DNA of 64,000 nt from Negaprion brevirostris (Eukaryota), in NCBI GenBank assembly GCA_030324005.1, contig JARDVH010000025.1, positions 61,528,424 to 61,592,423 of the forward strand. The letters run 5' to 3'. The notes beneath the pieces were generated by a model. It did not search any database and was not told the DNA's origin. It saw nothing but the letters and a program-made list of their open reading frames with translations. Positions 50,531 through 64,000 of this stretch are shown here, one piece after another. Positions within the stretch are counted from its first letter, which is position 1. Each line of letters begins with the position of its first letter. The translations under genes were made by a program, and so were the position numbers.

Positions 50531-53399
50531 CTCTACCTCAAATCTGCCAAATTTTGTGTTAACTTTTCTCCACTGTAATCCCACTGACTTGCTATCTTTT
50601 TTTATGAACAATGATCGATCTTTGAAAAAAAAGAGGATTCTACTTCAACGCCGAGTACCACCCTTTGCAATCTTTCCTAAATTTGCTTTGGATCTTTTTG
50701 TGGGCGGTACAGCTCAATTGTGACCTGAATGGATGGTACAATATGCTGGAGTGGCAGNNNNNNNNNNTAAACTACTCCTGCTGCTATTTGAGATTTAACA
50801 TATAGTAATCTGCTCCATTTAGTTATCATATACAGCATTGAATAACCCTACTGATGAAGGTCACTCACCTGAAAATCTAACTCTATTTATCACTACGAAG
50901 ATGCTGGCGCCTGCTGGATATTCAGAGCATTTTTTGTTTTTGTTTTCATCCACCAACTCTGTTTTCAACTGATGAAAGTTGTTTTACTCCTATGTTCGGT
51001 AAATTCAACTTGTAACGTGAATAGACAGAAAACCCAAAACATGATACATCACTACATTTGATTCCTCTCCAATGCCCTCATTCACCTCCCACAACTAATA
51101 GATTGTTCGCGCTTTAGAAAATAGACTAAAAAAGTCACTCATGCCTTTAGCCTCCCACTTAGGGACTTTTTATGCAAATAATTTATTGAGTGTAAAGGAG
51201 AAATCACAGGAAACTTCTCCTCTTACTGTTAGTCTTATTCTGTCCTCAAAACTTACCAGAGGTTAATGGTAATAATGAGGTAGAGGAAGCCTTCTTCATT
51301 TTCTCTTCCCTACTCCAGCACTTGCCAGTGTTTGAACTAGGAATTTCCTGATCTATATGGTTCAACTAATCACTGAAGTAACTAAACCATTGTGAGAAGC
51401 TACATAACCTTCCTGAACAAGTGGGATCTTTTCGCACATGTGGCTATTATTTTCTATCCATTGCCTCCACTGATTGCATGAGTCTTGTCAAATCTGTTTT
51501 CAAGTCTCAGGAACTTGTACTGCAAAGCCATAAATTGCTAACCCTTACAAATACAAAGAAATAAAATTCATTCAAGTAGGTGGCCTCAAGGGGATTTCCA
51601 ATATTATTTGTGCACAATCATCCTGATATAAACCAGCAGAAACTATCCTCATTTCTATAGCTGATTTAATGTAAAAAAAACCCAAAAGCCATTTTAAAGA
51701 GGGGAAAATAAAATGGAACAATGTCAAGTCCTGATGGGAGTATCGCCTGACATGACCAAAGATTTAGTGGTTAAGATGGGTTTTAAACAGCTTTTAAAGG
51801 TGGACAGAATGTAGCAGATGGTGTTAAAAGAGAGGAGAGTGGCCCATGGTTACTGGCATCTCCTGAACAAATGATCGTGAGAAGATTAGAGAGGTGTACA
51901 GCAGGTCAAAAATCAGGAAATTAATGGCTGTGGAGGAAACATAAGGTTAAAGCATAAGGCACGCCCATTGAGATATTTGAAAATGACGAGAACTTGTTTC
52001 CAATGTATGGGGAGTCAAGGAGCCATCAAGGGACAGGGGTGTTATATGAACAGACCTTACTGTGGGCAACTGATTGCCGAATGAGTTGGCTTTTACAGAC
52101 AGAGAAATATCAGCTGTCAAGAAAACTTGGAGAAATCTGATGTAGAAGTAACAAATGCATCGGTAAGAGTCTCAGCATCAGTCAGACTGAGACAGCAATG
52201 GACACAGATAATGAAGAGATATAAGCAAGCATGTTGTGATGCAGTTTGAAATCAACACATGGACCCAACAGGATGTCAGAGTTTTGTAGCGTGCGTGGCA
52301 GGGCCAAAAATGATAGTTTTACTTTTCTCAATTTTCACTTGAGATTAGATATTTCTTCCATGACTTATCAGTACGATAGCACAGAGTTAACTTTGGTGTC
52401 AACTGAAATGGTGGAGAGAAAACGTTATGTTTCTTTAGCACACCTATGGAAACGGAGGAGTCGAAGAAAATATTTTCCATTTGTTTGGATGGATGCAACT
52501 GCAGTATGACTCAGGAAGTTCGACTCCATCCAGGATTGGACAATTTGTTGATCAGTGCCTCATTCGTTATCCCAAACACAAGATCAAGCATCAGATCAAA
52601 CCCAAGATGGGGCGCAATGCCTTAACTTGCCAGTTTGGATCTTGTTTATCTCTTATGGGCACCATGAATTAGATTCAATTGGATTTTGAATTTGATTTTT
52701 GGAGTAAGCAAGGAATGGATATGGGTCTGTCTGTTCTACTCTGAGCATTAGCTTTATAATGTTAAGGATACAGTAAGAAAAACTTTAAAAAACAGCCAAC
52801 TTGATTGGTGGCCACAATGTGTTCTATTTACAGGATGAATTGTAGTAACTCAGCAAGGCTCCTTTAGACAACAATTGAACCTGTCTATTCACTTTCTGGA
52901 CAGACAAAAGCAGCAGGGACATGGGAATAACATCAATTCCAAGGTCTCTCCAAGTAATACATTGTAGTTTCTTTATTCTCGTTGGGTCAAAATCCTAGAA
53001 CTCCTTGCCTAAGAGCACAATGGAAACACCATCAGCACACAGCTGTAACTTTATGAAGGAGGCACTTCATCACCATCTTCTCAGCAGAATGAGAGATGGG
53101 TGATAAATACAAAGCTCTCACACCGAGAATAAACATAACAAGTACACCAGAAGATGCAATGCTGATACAAATGCTAGGACCAGAAATGACGAATGCTAGG
53201 TGCCAACACCACTTAAGATTTTTACTCCCTTACCCTGCCTAGTACATTATTTTAATTATGTATCATTTCATGCACATAATTGTTTTAAAACTTTGTTTTA
53301 CTAATTAGGCTAGTTCCGATGTTTATTTGTGCATCCACGCCAATGTTTGTGTGGTAAATTTTGGTATGGTGACCCAAAGTTAAACATAAGATTGAGACA

Positions 53400-53660
53400 A
53401 TTTTAACTAAGTCCCATCTTTTAACCAAAGCTACTTCTGACTATTCAAGAAGATGCAAAAGATGTCATGGTTTTCAAAGTATTTCAGTCAACATTCTTTC
53501 TCAGCCAACTGCACCAAAATACAGATAAACTGGTTATGCAACCTCATGTTGCTTTTAAAACCTTACTGTGTGCAAATCTGATGCTGTTTTTTGCCTACAA
53601 ATTAACAGTGGCTACATGTCAAAAGTAATCTCATTGACTATGTAGGACTTTGCAACATCA
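53400..53660 (+). mobile_element. Decayed DeuSINE-like element
   Basis: ctgtgtgcaaat..tttgcctaca..aacagtggctaca..tcaaaagtaa..tcattg.ct.t tail typical of SacSINE1/AmnSINE1-like elements. Confidence 0.5.
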
Positions 53661-54672
53661 GCTTAATCAGAGAGGGAAAAAAAAACTTGGTGTGTGTATT
53701 CAATCACCATCATTAGATATCTGTCAGTTGATAACACACTACAGCAACAACAGTAACATATTCACTCAGCACTTAATCGGTTTTTCAGAATGCAGACTTA
53801 ACTTCAGGGTTCATGGAAATTACACCATTTTTGGCTCTAACACAAGCCAAGGAACAAGTAAATGGGATTTGCATGTTGGGTACAAGTAAGCGTGATGTCG
53901 TCTGATGGAGTTTCTGCTTCCTTGTCTCAGGAGACAGTGCAGTACAGAAGACCATTACATGTGCAGGTGAATGCTGGTGCACAAGGGAGGGGGATGGAGT
54001 CAGGGCAGCTAAGTTGCTGGAACCCTAAAGAAAAGGGAGATTTTTCTGATCAATCTCAAGGATGATTTAGGTCCTGGACACACCTGCTGATGTTGGCAGG
54101 CCGGTGCTGGACTTTCTGGCTTTCAGCAATTGGATATTGGACCTTTAATAGTATTTATGCCCAGTGGCCACATGTAAACTTGGTCCTGCTGAGTGCTGGA
54201 GTGCACCATCTTATTAAAATCATTTCCTGGGAATTATTAGGCTCCCAATATTCACTCTACATGATACTTGGTGTGCACACTGCCTCTGGCTGTCCTGCTG
54301 CTTGATTGCACTCTCAATCTGCCAGATTGAAAAGGTGCATGCTGTGGTTGTGCTCAGTCTGCATTATAATATCTTTTGAAGACTTCAGCTTTGGCTGGGA
54401 GTGTTTCCAAACCAGATTTGTGTGCTCGTTTTTGTGCTTCTAAATAAAAAAGCTTAATCAATTATTCCTGATGCGATTCCCAATGCCTCTTTAATTAACA
54501 GTTCTGAAGAAAGTTCATGTTAACTCAAAATGTTAACTGTTCCTCTCTCAAAAGGTGCTGAGTTTTTCCAGGATTTTGTTTTTACTTCAGATTTCCAGCA
54601 TCTGCAGTGTTTTGCTTTTACCTTTTGAAAGATGTGGTTTCCAACAATTTTAATTAACTACATGATACTTAC

Positions 54673-54833
54673 ATCTAGGACTGAAGTTGTGCGAATCCAT
54701 AAAGTTGATAGAAAGGGGTTCATCAGCATGAAGTGTGCTTTGATCAGCATAGCTCCTGTCCATTGCGTTCACCATATGAGTCATCTCTTGTCGAGTATTT
54801 CCTACTACATCCTTGCGCTTCTTTGCAAGTTTA
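54673..54833 (-). CDS. PTPRK: PTPRK juxtamembrane exon (161 nt): (S)KLAKKRKDVVGNTRQEMTHMVNAMDRSYADQSTLHADEPLSINFMDSHNFSPR
   Basis: ttgcag|T AAA CTT ... CCT AGA T|gtaagt. Confidence 0.95.
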
Positions 54834-55016
54834 CTGCAATCCAAAAGCAAATTGTTCGACTGAATATTTGTGCAGAATTTTAACATGACAGTTGGCTAGG
54901 CTTAACATAAAGATTTCCATCTTTTACAGATAGCATTGCCTATCATAAAACAGGAGCATCTGAAAAATTAATCTAATTGACTGTAACACACTTTGGGATA
55001 TCCTGGAGTTGTGAAA

Positions 55017-55345
55017 AATAGACTTGCATTCATATGGCACCTGTAGTAGCAATATGATAGTGTCCAAATAATCTGTTTAGTGATGTTCATTCATAGCTGG
55101 AAACTAGCCAGGACAACAGGGCTAACTCCCCAACGCTACTGTGCAAGGAATCGTTTATTGTGTCCACCTGAAGGGACAGAAAGGGCCTTGGTTTAATATC
55201 TCATGCAAAGTCAACACCTCCAACAGTGCAGCAAACTCTCAGCACAACAGTTTTACCTTAGATTTTTGTGCTCGCAAGTCCTGGAGTGGGAATTGATCCC
55301 ATAACCTTCTGCCTCAGACGGAGAATGCTGTTGAGATACAGCTGC
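55017..55345 (-). mobile_element. DeuSINE (SacSINE1/AmnSINE1-like), nested in the tail of another SINE
   Basis: gtccacctgaagggacagaaagggccttggtttaatatctcat..cacctccaacagtgcagca..ctggagtgggaattgatcccataaccttctg. Confidence 0.7.
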
Positions 55346-57654
55346 ACTAAAAGGAGCTTTATAAATGCAAGATCTGTCTTTCCTTTCTATTTCGTGGAAA
55401 TATAAGAATCTAATTAATGCTCAAATGCTTGACAACTTGAAACAATATCTACAAAAGCATTTTTAAAAAATTCGCTATAGACATATCACTGATGAGAGAC
55501 AGCTCTTTTGCAAATACTACAAATCAACAATTCTAGAAACACACATCTCAAGATTAACTAACATCGGAACAGGAGTAGTCCATTCAGCCTCTTGAGCTTA
55601 TTATGTCATTTAATGAGATCACAACTGATCTCAACTCCTCACATTTACCCCACACTCCTTGATAACATTGCCTAACAAATTTATCAATCTCCATCTTGGT
55701 AGGAATATAGGTTCAATAAGTGTTTTTCCCAAATCAAAGAACATAAGTTTGCTTCCATGACCTAGTCTCTGTGGGGCTTCTGATGAATGGTTAGACTTGG
55801 GAACATTGTGACTTCCTGTTGTCATTTGATTTTATGATCGGAAAATCTTTGATTTAGAATTAAATGAACAGTTGGGCCCCAAAACACTCTTCTCCAGTTA
55901 GTTTGCATTTCAAAATTCCTATGTTTCTTCCAATGTATTAAATAGACAAACAGATTTTATGCAGATGGAATCACTTAAAATGAAGCCTGCTGTGTTTTGG
56001 ATCAGTATCAATTGGACTTTACCTTAATATGAAAAAAGGGCTAAATTTCATTCCTGCAATTTTGATTAATTTCCAATCTTGCTTTTAATTTCATTTTCTT
56101 TTTTTTAAACAGCTGTGGACAGTAGAAATTTTTACATTTACTCTAGTTGCTGCTTGACTGTGCTCATCAATGATCTGATTAATGGAGCAAATTATTTGAT
56201 TACAGAATGATAAATGGGAATCTATAAACAAGTTAGCTCTCTTGGTTAAGATGAGCCTACTGAGCTAGCTTACAACTGATACTATTTATATGGATAGATA
56301 AGATTATTTTAGGCATTGACAGGACCTGATTTGAATTATTTTACATTCGTGACTCCCATGTTAAATATATTAATTCATTGTGTATTCCTTCATAACTTTA
56401 TAAACTGATTAGCTGTTTTTGGAAACAAGCATCTTCAATCCATCAAACATCATGTGCGGCACAATGGAAACACCAAAAGTGTTGTAAAGAGTACTTTCAT
56501 AAATAATATTCAGATTTAATCTGTATACATTGTTCAAAATAAAATAAATTGCAGTTCCTCAGGTCTTACATTGATTTTTATACTTCACATTTAGCACGCG
56601 CTAGAAAAAGACATTTGTCAAGGCCAAATTCATAAGCTTTGACACAGAATCCAAAAGATAATACCATATTATCTGTACGTGTCAAGGTTTTAAATGAAAA
56701 TTTATTTTCCGTAATTTAATTCTCTCCTCCATCGACTGACAATCTCTCTGTCGGAGTCCAGTAGCATGTGGCATATTTCAATAGCTGTATTTTCAGCCAA
56801 ACAATTCTTCTGCATTCTCTCCCAGGATAAAAAAATACAATTTAGTATCTATTTGAGATTGAATGAGCTGAAACCAGNNNNNNNNNNATTCCTTGCAGCA
56901 ATTTATGTCCTTCGTTCCTGAAAGAGTATTACACTTTCTGGTGTAAAAGAACTGGTTTTGTTCCATGGTGAGTGCATCAAGAATTCTCAATGTGGTATGT
57001 TAATCTGTTACAAGTTCAGAATCATGGTGAGAAACTAAACTTTGAACAATGAAGGATCTTTTCTGTCGTGAGCACTTGAAAAAGAAAATGCTGATGGGGA
57101 TTATGTGAATTGGTGCAGGAATACAATCATGCTTTGCTGAAATCAACTTTAGACTTATAATTAAAAATGCAAGTGTCTAAAAAATCGCTGTGATGTGTCT
57201 ATGTGTTGATGAAGAGAGTTAACAATGCTTTCCATTTGTGCATGCTGGTTTGTTTCTCATTTTCAGCCCACACCACTGGCTAGTAGCACTGCAGAAAAAC
57301 AGCCAAATGTGTAAGTCACTCCCTGTCAGTATGCTGCCCCTCTATTGGCAAGTCTTTAGCTTTGACTCCTGGTGGTGACAAGTGGAAAATGAAACTTGGC
57401 AGAAGGTTTGGTCCCGAGACATACAGTGAGCTGGTCCACTGATACATGGACACATTCTGGCACTCATGAACCTTACTCTCACCTGTGGGCACTTCAGGAG
57501 AGTTGAAAGCTAAGCAAGTAATCACTGATAAAAAAAAAGTAGAGTGTAGCTAAATGTGATCTGATGTCTAAGTCAATTTTCCTTCCAGCGACACCTGCAA
57601 TCAAGCCATTGGCAAGCATTGTGCTTTGCCTTCCTTTGGACTTAACAAAGGAAG

Positions 57655-57870
57655 GGATACAAAGAACAAAGAACAAAATCAGCCCGGGAAACAGGCCCTT
57701 CGGCCCAACGAGCCCGTGCCGCCATCTCAACACCACCAGTCCACCTCTCTACCCATGACCCCTATCTAATGTTTTATGGCCATCCAGATTGAGGGAAAAC
57801 TGATTTAGGGACAATTTATTCCTGCCAATCAGCCTAACAGCTTATCTTTGGGGTGTGGGGAGGATTTTTG
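57655..57870 (-). mobile_element. HE1-like SINE 3' part
   Basis: aaagaacaaagaaca..acaggcccttcggccca tail; gggacaatttatt..ccaatc. Confidence 0.6.
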
Positions 57871-57919
57871 GGAAGCCTATAGTCTTCGTAAATTTTGCTG
57901 TGCTTGCACCCTATAGAGG

Positions 57920-58776
57920 GTGTTTGTTTCACCGCAGAACCTTAACACCATGCAGAACAGCAGTTACAAGTGATAACCCCAACTTGATTGGTCTGAAGAA
58001 CAAGTGCTATGGGCTGTTTCCAATGGTGGGAGGGACCAACATACCCCAGTGGTCAGCCACCAACTACCTCAAGTCAGGCAACCCTGACTAGTAAACTGCT
58101 GATCCGCCAAGGACCATCTGCATGAATGGGTGCTCAGAGCTTAGAGTCTCTGCTTAACAAGTGGATGGAATTCCACTTGTTTGTTTGTTGTTTGCACCAA
58201 GCAAACAAACTAAAGAGGATGCCATCTCTTAGCTCAGCCAGCAGGAACGTCAGGTCCATGTGCACAGGACTGACAGCGGACTTCCAATGAGTCAATATTG
58301 TGCACAAACAATTGTGATCAATCTGGAGTTTGATAAGTTGAACATCGCAGAGCAGATCGTTGAAAGAAAAACAGTATACGTTCATCTGGCCGGGGGAATG
58401 TTGGGAGGAAATGTGAGTTAAGCATAGGTTTTGCAGTAAGGAACTTGCTGCTGTTGATGACAGAGGCCCTCACAAATGGTTCCTATTATGTTCTCTCCAT
58501 CTGTCTCTCAACCCAAAGACCAGTTAACCTCATGAGTAACTGTGCTTCAACACTGTGCTTCATTACAGAGATGAAAGACCAGCTTTATAAAGAACGTGAC
58601 ATGACCATTACCAGAATCCTAATGTCANNNNNNNNNNNNNNNNNNNNNNNNNNNNNNNNNNNNNNNNNNNNNNNNNNNNNNNNNNNNNNNNNNNNNNNNN
58701 NNNNNNNNNNNNNNNNNNNNNNNNNNNNNNNNNNNNNNNNNNNNNNNNNNNNNNNNNNNNNNNNNNNNNNNNNNNN

Positions 58777-58849
<73 letters not shown>

Positions 58850-61400
58850 TTTGCACTTTCTTCGTGTCTGCGTGGGTTTCTTCTGGGTGCTCCAGCTTCC
58901 TCCCCCAGTCCAAAGATGTATAGGTTTGGTTGATTGCCCATGATAAATTGCCCCTTGGTGTCAGGCAGATTAGGAGGATAAATGTGTGGGGGTTAAGGGA
59001 ATGGGACCTGGGTGGGATTGTTGGTGGTGCAGACTCAAATGGGCCAAATGGCCACCTGCCTCCTGCACTGTAGATTCTACGAATCCCTTCCTTAAGAACA
59101 AACCATGCCCTGAAGAAAACCAGGATCAGGGTATTGGCACCAACTGAATCTTATTATCACCAAACACGATTCTCTCAATAGTATTTTCAACACATTTAGA
59201 TACCACAGTGCTCACTGTGATACACATGCCTCCTGATGTGCACTGGAGGATACAGCCCTGGAAGCCTTTTCATTCAAAGTAAAAATGCCATCCTTGTTTC
59301 AAGATCAACTGTACTGCCTACCCATATAAAAACTAACAATTAGACAATTCTACTGAACAGACACACTCCAGCATTCCCATTTAGAATGCAGAAGTGAAAC
59401 AGAAAATACAACAAGACAATACTGCGTACTCAACATATGGGAAGAAAGAGTGGTAAAAGAATGACTGGAGACTAACATCACTGTGATGGAATCTGTCATT
59501 GAAGCCAAGTGGTTTGCTCTCATTAATTGCAAGCAAGATCTGAACAAGAAGTCTCTGAATGTACCAAGCGCCACTTGAAGAGAAGTCCAACAGCTAGGTG
59601 GGTGGAATACTACCTTGATTGTATTTGAGGGAAAACGCTGCCATTGAGTAAGCTCCAGGCACCTTAGAAAGCATGTCCATAATGACAGAGCTGGATATCA
59701 AATCCACAGTGGAAGAGTTTAACAAAATGATTGACTTGCTTGTTAAGGGCAAAAAGCTCCAGGCACTGATGCTATACCGCTTGAACTCACGAAGCATGGA
59801 AAACTGGCACTCCTGCAGCATCTGTACAAACTTCTCTGTCCCTGTGGGAGATAGGAGCAGTTTCCCAGGATATGCATGATGCAAAGATGGTGACCTTGCA
59901 GAAGAACAAGTGTGGCAATTGCAACAACTATTAAGGCTGCTGAACATCATGAGAAATGTACTTGTTTGTGTTGCCCTTGTTAAACTGCGGATCCTGGCTG
60001 AACACATCTATCCCAAATTCCAGTGTGGTTTCAGAACTGGAAGAACTATGATTGACATAATCTTTTCAGTCTGGTAGCTACAAAAGAAATACAATGAACA
60101 AATAAATCCACTATACTCTGCCTGCACTGATTTGCCCAAAGCATCAACAATGTGAGCAGAGGCAGTCTATATGAGCTACCAGAAAAGATTCAGTGCCTTC
60201 TGAAGTTGCTCAATGTGATCTTCTCCTTCCATGACAATGTGATGAGTAAGATCTGCTATGCAAGGGCAACATCAGAACACAGATTTGCAATATGGTCAAA
60301 CAGGCCTGTGTTCTGACACTGACACTTGTGAGCACATTTGTCTCTTTGCTGCTGTCACATGCCTTCAAGTGAACACTTTCACACCAAAATGATGGAAAGA
60401 TGTTCAAACTTATCCACTTGAGATCCAAGACAAAAATGCACCAAGTCCTCAAAAGAGGGTTGCTCAACGCTGAATGTTGCAATAACATTTCACAGTGAGG
60501 AACACCTTCAGGGTCAAATGGCGAGACTCTCTCACAACTGTAAAGTATTTGGTTTGATATCAGGTCCAGGATGCTGCCAATTCGCCATCTATCAGGATTG
60601 ACAACATGGCACTGAAGATTGCTGACTGTTTCCCGCATCTAGGCTCCAGAATCACCAACAATCTGTCACTGATTGCTGTCACAGATATCATAAAAGCTGT
60701 CGCTGTTATGTTCAAGCTGTGAAAGAGAATGGAGAACAACAGCAGTTTAACTGAGAACACCAAACTGTGAATCAACCAAGCCTGTGTCATCAGCATACTC
60801 CTCTACAGTAGTGACACCTGGACAACATATGTGAGGCAGGAGAAAAGACTGAATGGTTTAATCTTCATTGTCTCAGATATGTCATCAAGGCAGGACAAGG
60901 TCACCGACTCCAAGGTTCTGGATATGCTAATTCCATCAGCATCATTCATTGCTAAGTCAACAATGCCCAAGCTGTCTCAGCACATTCATAGGCTGGATGG
61001 TGGCTATATTCCGAAAAGTTTTTTGTACACAACCTACTGGGCACCCATACCTCAGCCACAAAGGTATCTGCAGGTATGAAGACGGTGGATAAAATTGAAA
61101 CAATTGGGAGAAAATCACTGATGTCATTCCTCAATTTGGAAGCCAACTGTTAAGACATTGGAAGAGATGAGCAGCAATGATAAGCTCAGCTGCCCAAAAA
61201 GGCAGCCCACAGAAAGCAAAGGCCACCAAATTGTGCACTTTCTCAGCCCACTGTCTACGTCCACACCAAATGTAGCGGAGACTGCCATGCCAGAGCAGGG
61301 CTCCCAAGCTACACCAGACAATGCTAAACACAAAGCTGACCACAGTGCAAGCCATCAGCCAAGATGGAAGGCTGCTGCAGATAAAGGTTTCAGAGTACAA
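57920..61400 (+). mobile_element. Nearly full-length but decayed RTE-clade LINE
   Basis: Endonuclease (LASRNVRSM..; LKEKQYTFIW), RT (YPKFQCGFRTGRTMIDIIFS..LQKK) and C-terminal (LTENTKL..QACVISILLYSSDTW) remnants with many stops and frameshifts. Confidence 0.85.
58776..59080 (+). mobile_element. HE1-like V-SINE with an expanded (TG)n tract, inserted in the RTE
   Basis: (TG)n at 58776-58847, then tttgcac..gtgtctgcgtgggttt..gggtgctccagcttcctccc..gggccaaatggcc..gcactgtagattcta. Confidence 0.85.
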
Positions 61401-63379
61401 CTTAATTAGTGGAACTAACTGTATCTCTATTTTGCTTCTTCAGTGGTTTATCTTCTAAAACTGTTTATTTTGAGGACAGTGTAATATTACCATTACACAA
61501 GCAGCTTTAGGCTCTCTTTTGCATTTCTATTTTAAATATCAGATTGTTAAAAGAATGTCTGGTTGATATTTGGTCACGCAATGACTTTTTTTTTTCAATG
61601 AAAATTGCCACCTCATTAACTTGAAAATTGATTGCATTGCTTAAGTCTGTTGAAATGCAGCTTGCAAAATCTAAGCATTGAATGGAGTCTAACAAGATCT
61701 ATCCATCACATTCAATATAGAGCTAATTGTCATAAAAAATGTTATTTGTAAAGACAACATTCCTTACAGAAGCCCAAAAGATACCCTGATGTTCAACATT
61801 GACTGCAGCTGTAACAGAACAATAATAAAGACTGATTTTAGTTTAGTGTTCCAAATGCGGACCAAAGGGTGAACTTCAGACGTTTTGGACTACAGCTAAA
61901 ACAAAAGTAACTTCATTTTTTTTAACTACGCTATCGCTTATTGAACTTACTGAAGTGATATGTAGGTTACCCATTATAAATTAAAACTACAAATTTAACT
62001 TGAAATATTTTGTGTGTTAACTTTCTCAGAAGGATTCAGAACAGGACCATTTGTGTCAAAACTTATAATTTGTACCCAACGAACCCTTTATGTTTAAAAT
62101 AACAACAGACTTGCTTCTATTGTCTACTTACAGGTAATAAGAATAAGAATAGTAGCTCCTCCTGGCAAGCAAATCAGACAGTGAAGAAAGAATTATTGGT
62201 GAATAAAAGTGTGGAATCAGTTACAATCAATAAAGCAAATGCTAGCTGTATTTGATACTGATCATCTTTGGTTAGCATTTTACTGCAAACAAGTCATGCA
62301 ATAATCTTACATTCCATGCAATTAAGTGCTTGCAAATAAAATAGAAATAATGGGCACAGAATGAGAGTGGACAATTACATTCCAGATATCAGTCATTAAA
62401 CAAAGTGAGCGAATTATTAAAATTGATTGCACATTTCTACATGCACCATATAATACACGAGAACTGCTAATTTGTCTTTATTAGGAACCCATTTCAACAA
62501 GAAAAAAAATTTGAAAAATACAAATAAAGAACGAAATAATGCTTTTGGGCAGAATAACTTGCATCTATTAAGATGTTTTGCACAAAAATCTTAAGTCAAT
62601 GAAATAATGAACATTCCAGGTATGATAAATAACAAAATCACTTTAGCCATCATTACAGCAATGTGATGTAGATGATCATGTCAGACAAGAGGCCAACATT
62701 GATGATCAGTTGATTAGCTTGAAATCAACCACTGGCTAAAACAGATTTTAATGATTTTGACTCAACTGACATTTCTAAATGAACAACCTTTTTTCCTCTT
62801 AATTAACCTTGCAGCAGTATTGATGTATTTAAATACCATTTCAATTTCAACTAAGCAAAAAAAAGTATCAATTTTTTTCTGTCAACTTTACCCTTATACA
62901 AAGAATTGTGACTAACTTGTTCACTTGCAACAAAATTTGTCGCTGTTCTTTCCTACCAATCTACTTTATTCTAACACTAATCAGCTAACGAGGAATATTG
63001 ATTCAAGTTTTTGGTTGGTCTTAAAATACTTGTAACTTATCAATATATTCCCCAGTTGCTGTGGAAGAGTTAAAAACCATTAGCAGGATTTGTAGGCATA
63101 TGTTCTAACATAGAAAGCGGCATAAATTGATTCAGGAAATAACAACATACATTGGATTGATATATACAATGAGAAGCCAGCACAGCCAGCATAGATCTAA
63201 AAAAATGTTTGACCAGAGGTCTCCAAGTGAATTTCTGGAGGAAATTGCACAATGAATACATAAACACAAAGTAGTAGATATGATTTGTACGTATTTGCAA
63301 AAGATATTTGATGAGTTACCATGTGTTAAAACAACATTTTAAGAACTAGAGCATAGTCTCACAGCAAGAGAGATGTCTC

Positions 63380-63830
63380 ACAGACAGGAAGCAGATAAAG
63401 AAATAAATGTATTTGGATTCAAAAGTGCATCAAGAATTGGATATTTTTAACTCCAATAAGACAGATGACTCCATTGTTTGAAAAATTTGCATGGAGAGGT
63501 AATGACTGACTGTTTCCACTACTACTCAGTGTAGTAACAAGGAGCTGAAGTCTAGGATTGCACCAGAAAATACATGAGAGGGGTGGAGACAGGGGAAAAG
63601 GAAACTAAAAGCCTTTTCTCCAAAGGATACTGCAACATGGAATGCTCCACAGAGCAAATGCTCAAATTAGAAAGTAATTTGTATGGGACTTTGATAATGG
63701 TCTGGAAAGCACAATTACAAGAGGAACAGTTAAAAGGGGGAAGAACATGTGATTTGAATAGAAAGCTGAAAAGTTAGCGGTGACTCAGCCAGAATGGATG
63801 ACAGTATCCTTCTGTGCTCTAAATTAATCC
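63380..63830 (+). mobile_element. Highly decayed CR1 3' end
   Basis: Faint LFNSNKR..; tggaatgctc..; tccttctgtgct tail. Confidence 0.5.
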
Positions 63831-64000
63831 AGGTTTCTGCATTATTAGTCCAGCAAAATAACCATTATGCTACTGCTCCTTTACAAATACACCATTTCTT
63901 TTTATTGTTTCATGGGTTGTGGGCATTGCTGGCTCAGCCAGCATTTATTGCCCAGACCTAATTAGGCTTGAGGGTGCTGGTGAGCTACCTTCTTGAACAG

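Larger units (their letters stand above)
1224..54833 (-). other. PTPRK: PTPRK gene (partial: juxtamembrane region, D1 and part of D2); extends beyond both window ends
   Basis: Spliced translation reads [106 protein letters not shown]. This matches PTPRK rather than PTPRM/T/U from my recollection of the family. Splice sites are GT-AG and phases are consistent. Confidence 0.95.

Noticed and set aside
1224-54833. Assignment to PTPRM, PTPRT or PTPRU
   Set aside because: [44 protein letters not shown] and IWLYRD fit PTPRK as I recall the paralogues; a reciprocal BLAST would confirm.
58445-58941. HT- and VC-repeat ORFs
   Set aside because: Translation of the (TG)n microsatellite plus a gap.
57920-61400. 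Active autonomous RTE element
   Set aside because: Many stops and frameshifts plus a SINE insertion; the copy is dead.
55400-64000. PTPRK transmembrane exon
   Set aside because: I found no exon coding a hydrophobic TM segment ending in a phase-2 donor; it probably lies beyond the window.

Overview
Eukaryotic genomic DNA, most likely from a shark, judged from HE1-type V-SINEs, DeuSINEs and abundant CR1/RTE/L2 LINEs. The whole window lies inside one minus-strand gene, the R2B receptor tyrosine phosphatase kappa (PTPRK). I traced 16 exons from the juxtamembrane region (54833) through catalytic domain D1 into D2 (1224). All visible junctions are GT-AG and phase-compatible, and one exon is cut by an N-gap. 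Three exons are short frame-preserving cassettes (36, 12 and 18 nt), and there is a further candidate 27-nt microexon. The introns hold decayed retroelements and many assembly gaps. The most notable non-coding signal is a set of minimal type-I hammerhead-ribozyme motifs carried by two families of Penelope-like short elements, some arranged as fold-back hairpins. Also present: an inverted pair of CTCF-like motifs, a templated-insertion repair scar and nested insertions with target-site duplications. Repeat boundaries are approximate and family names come from motif recognition, not a database search.
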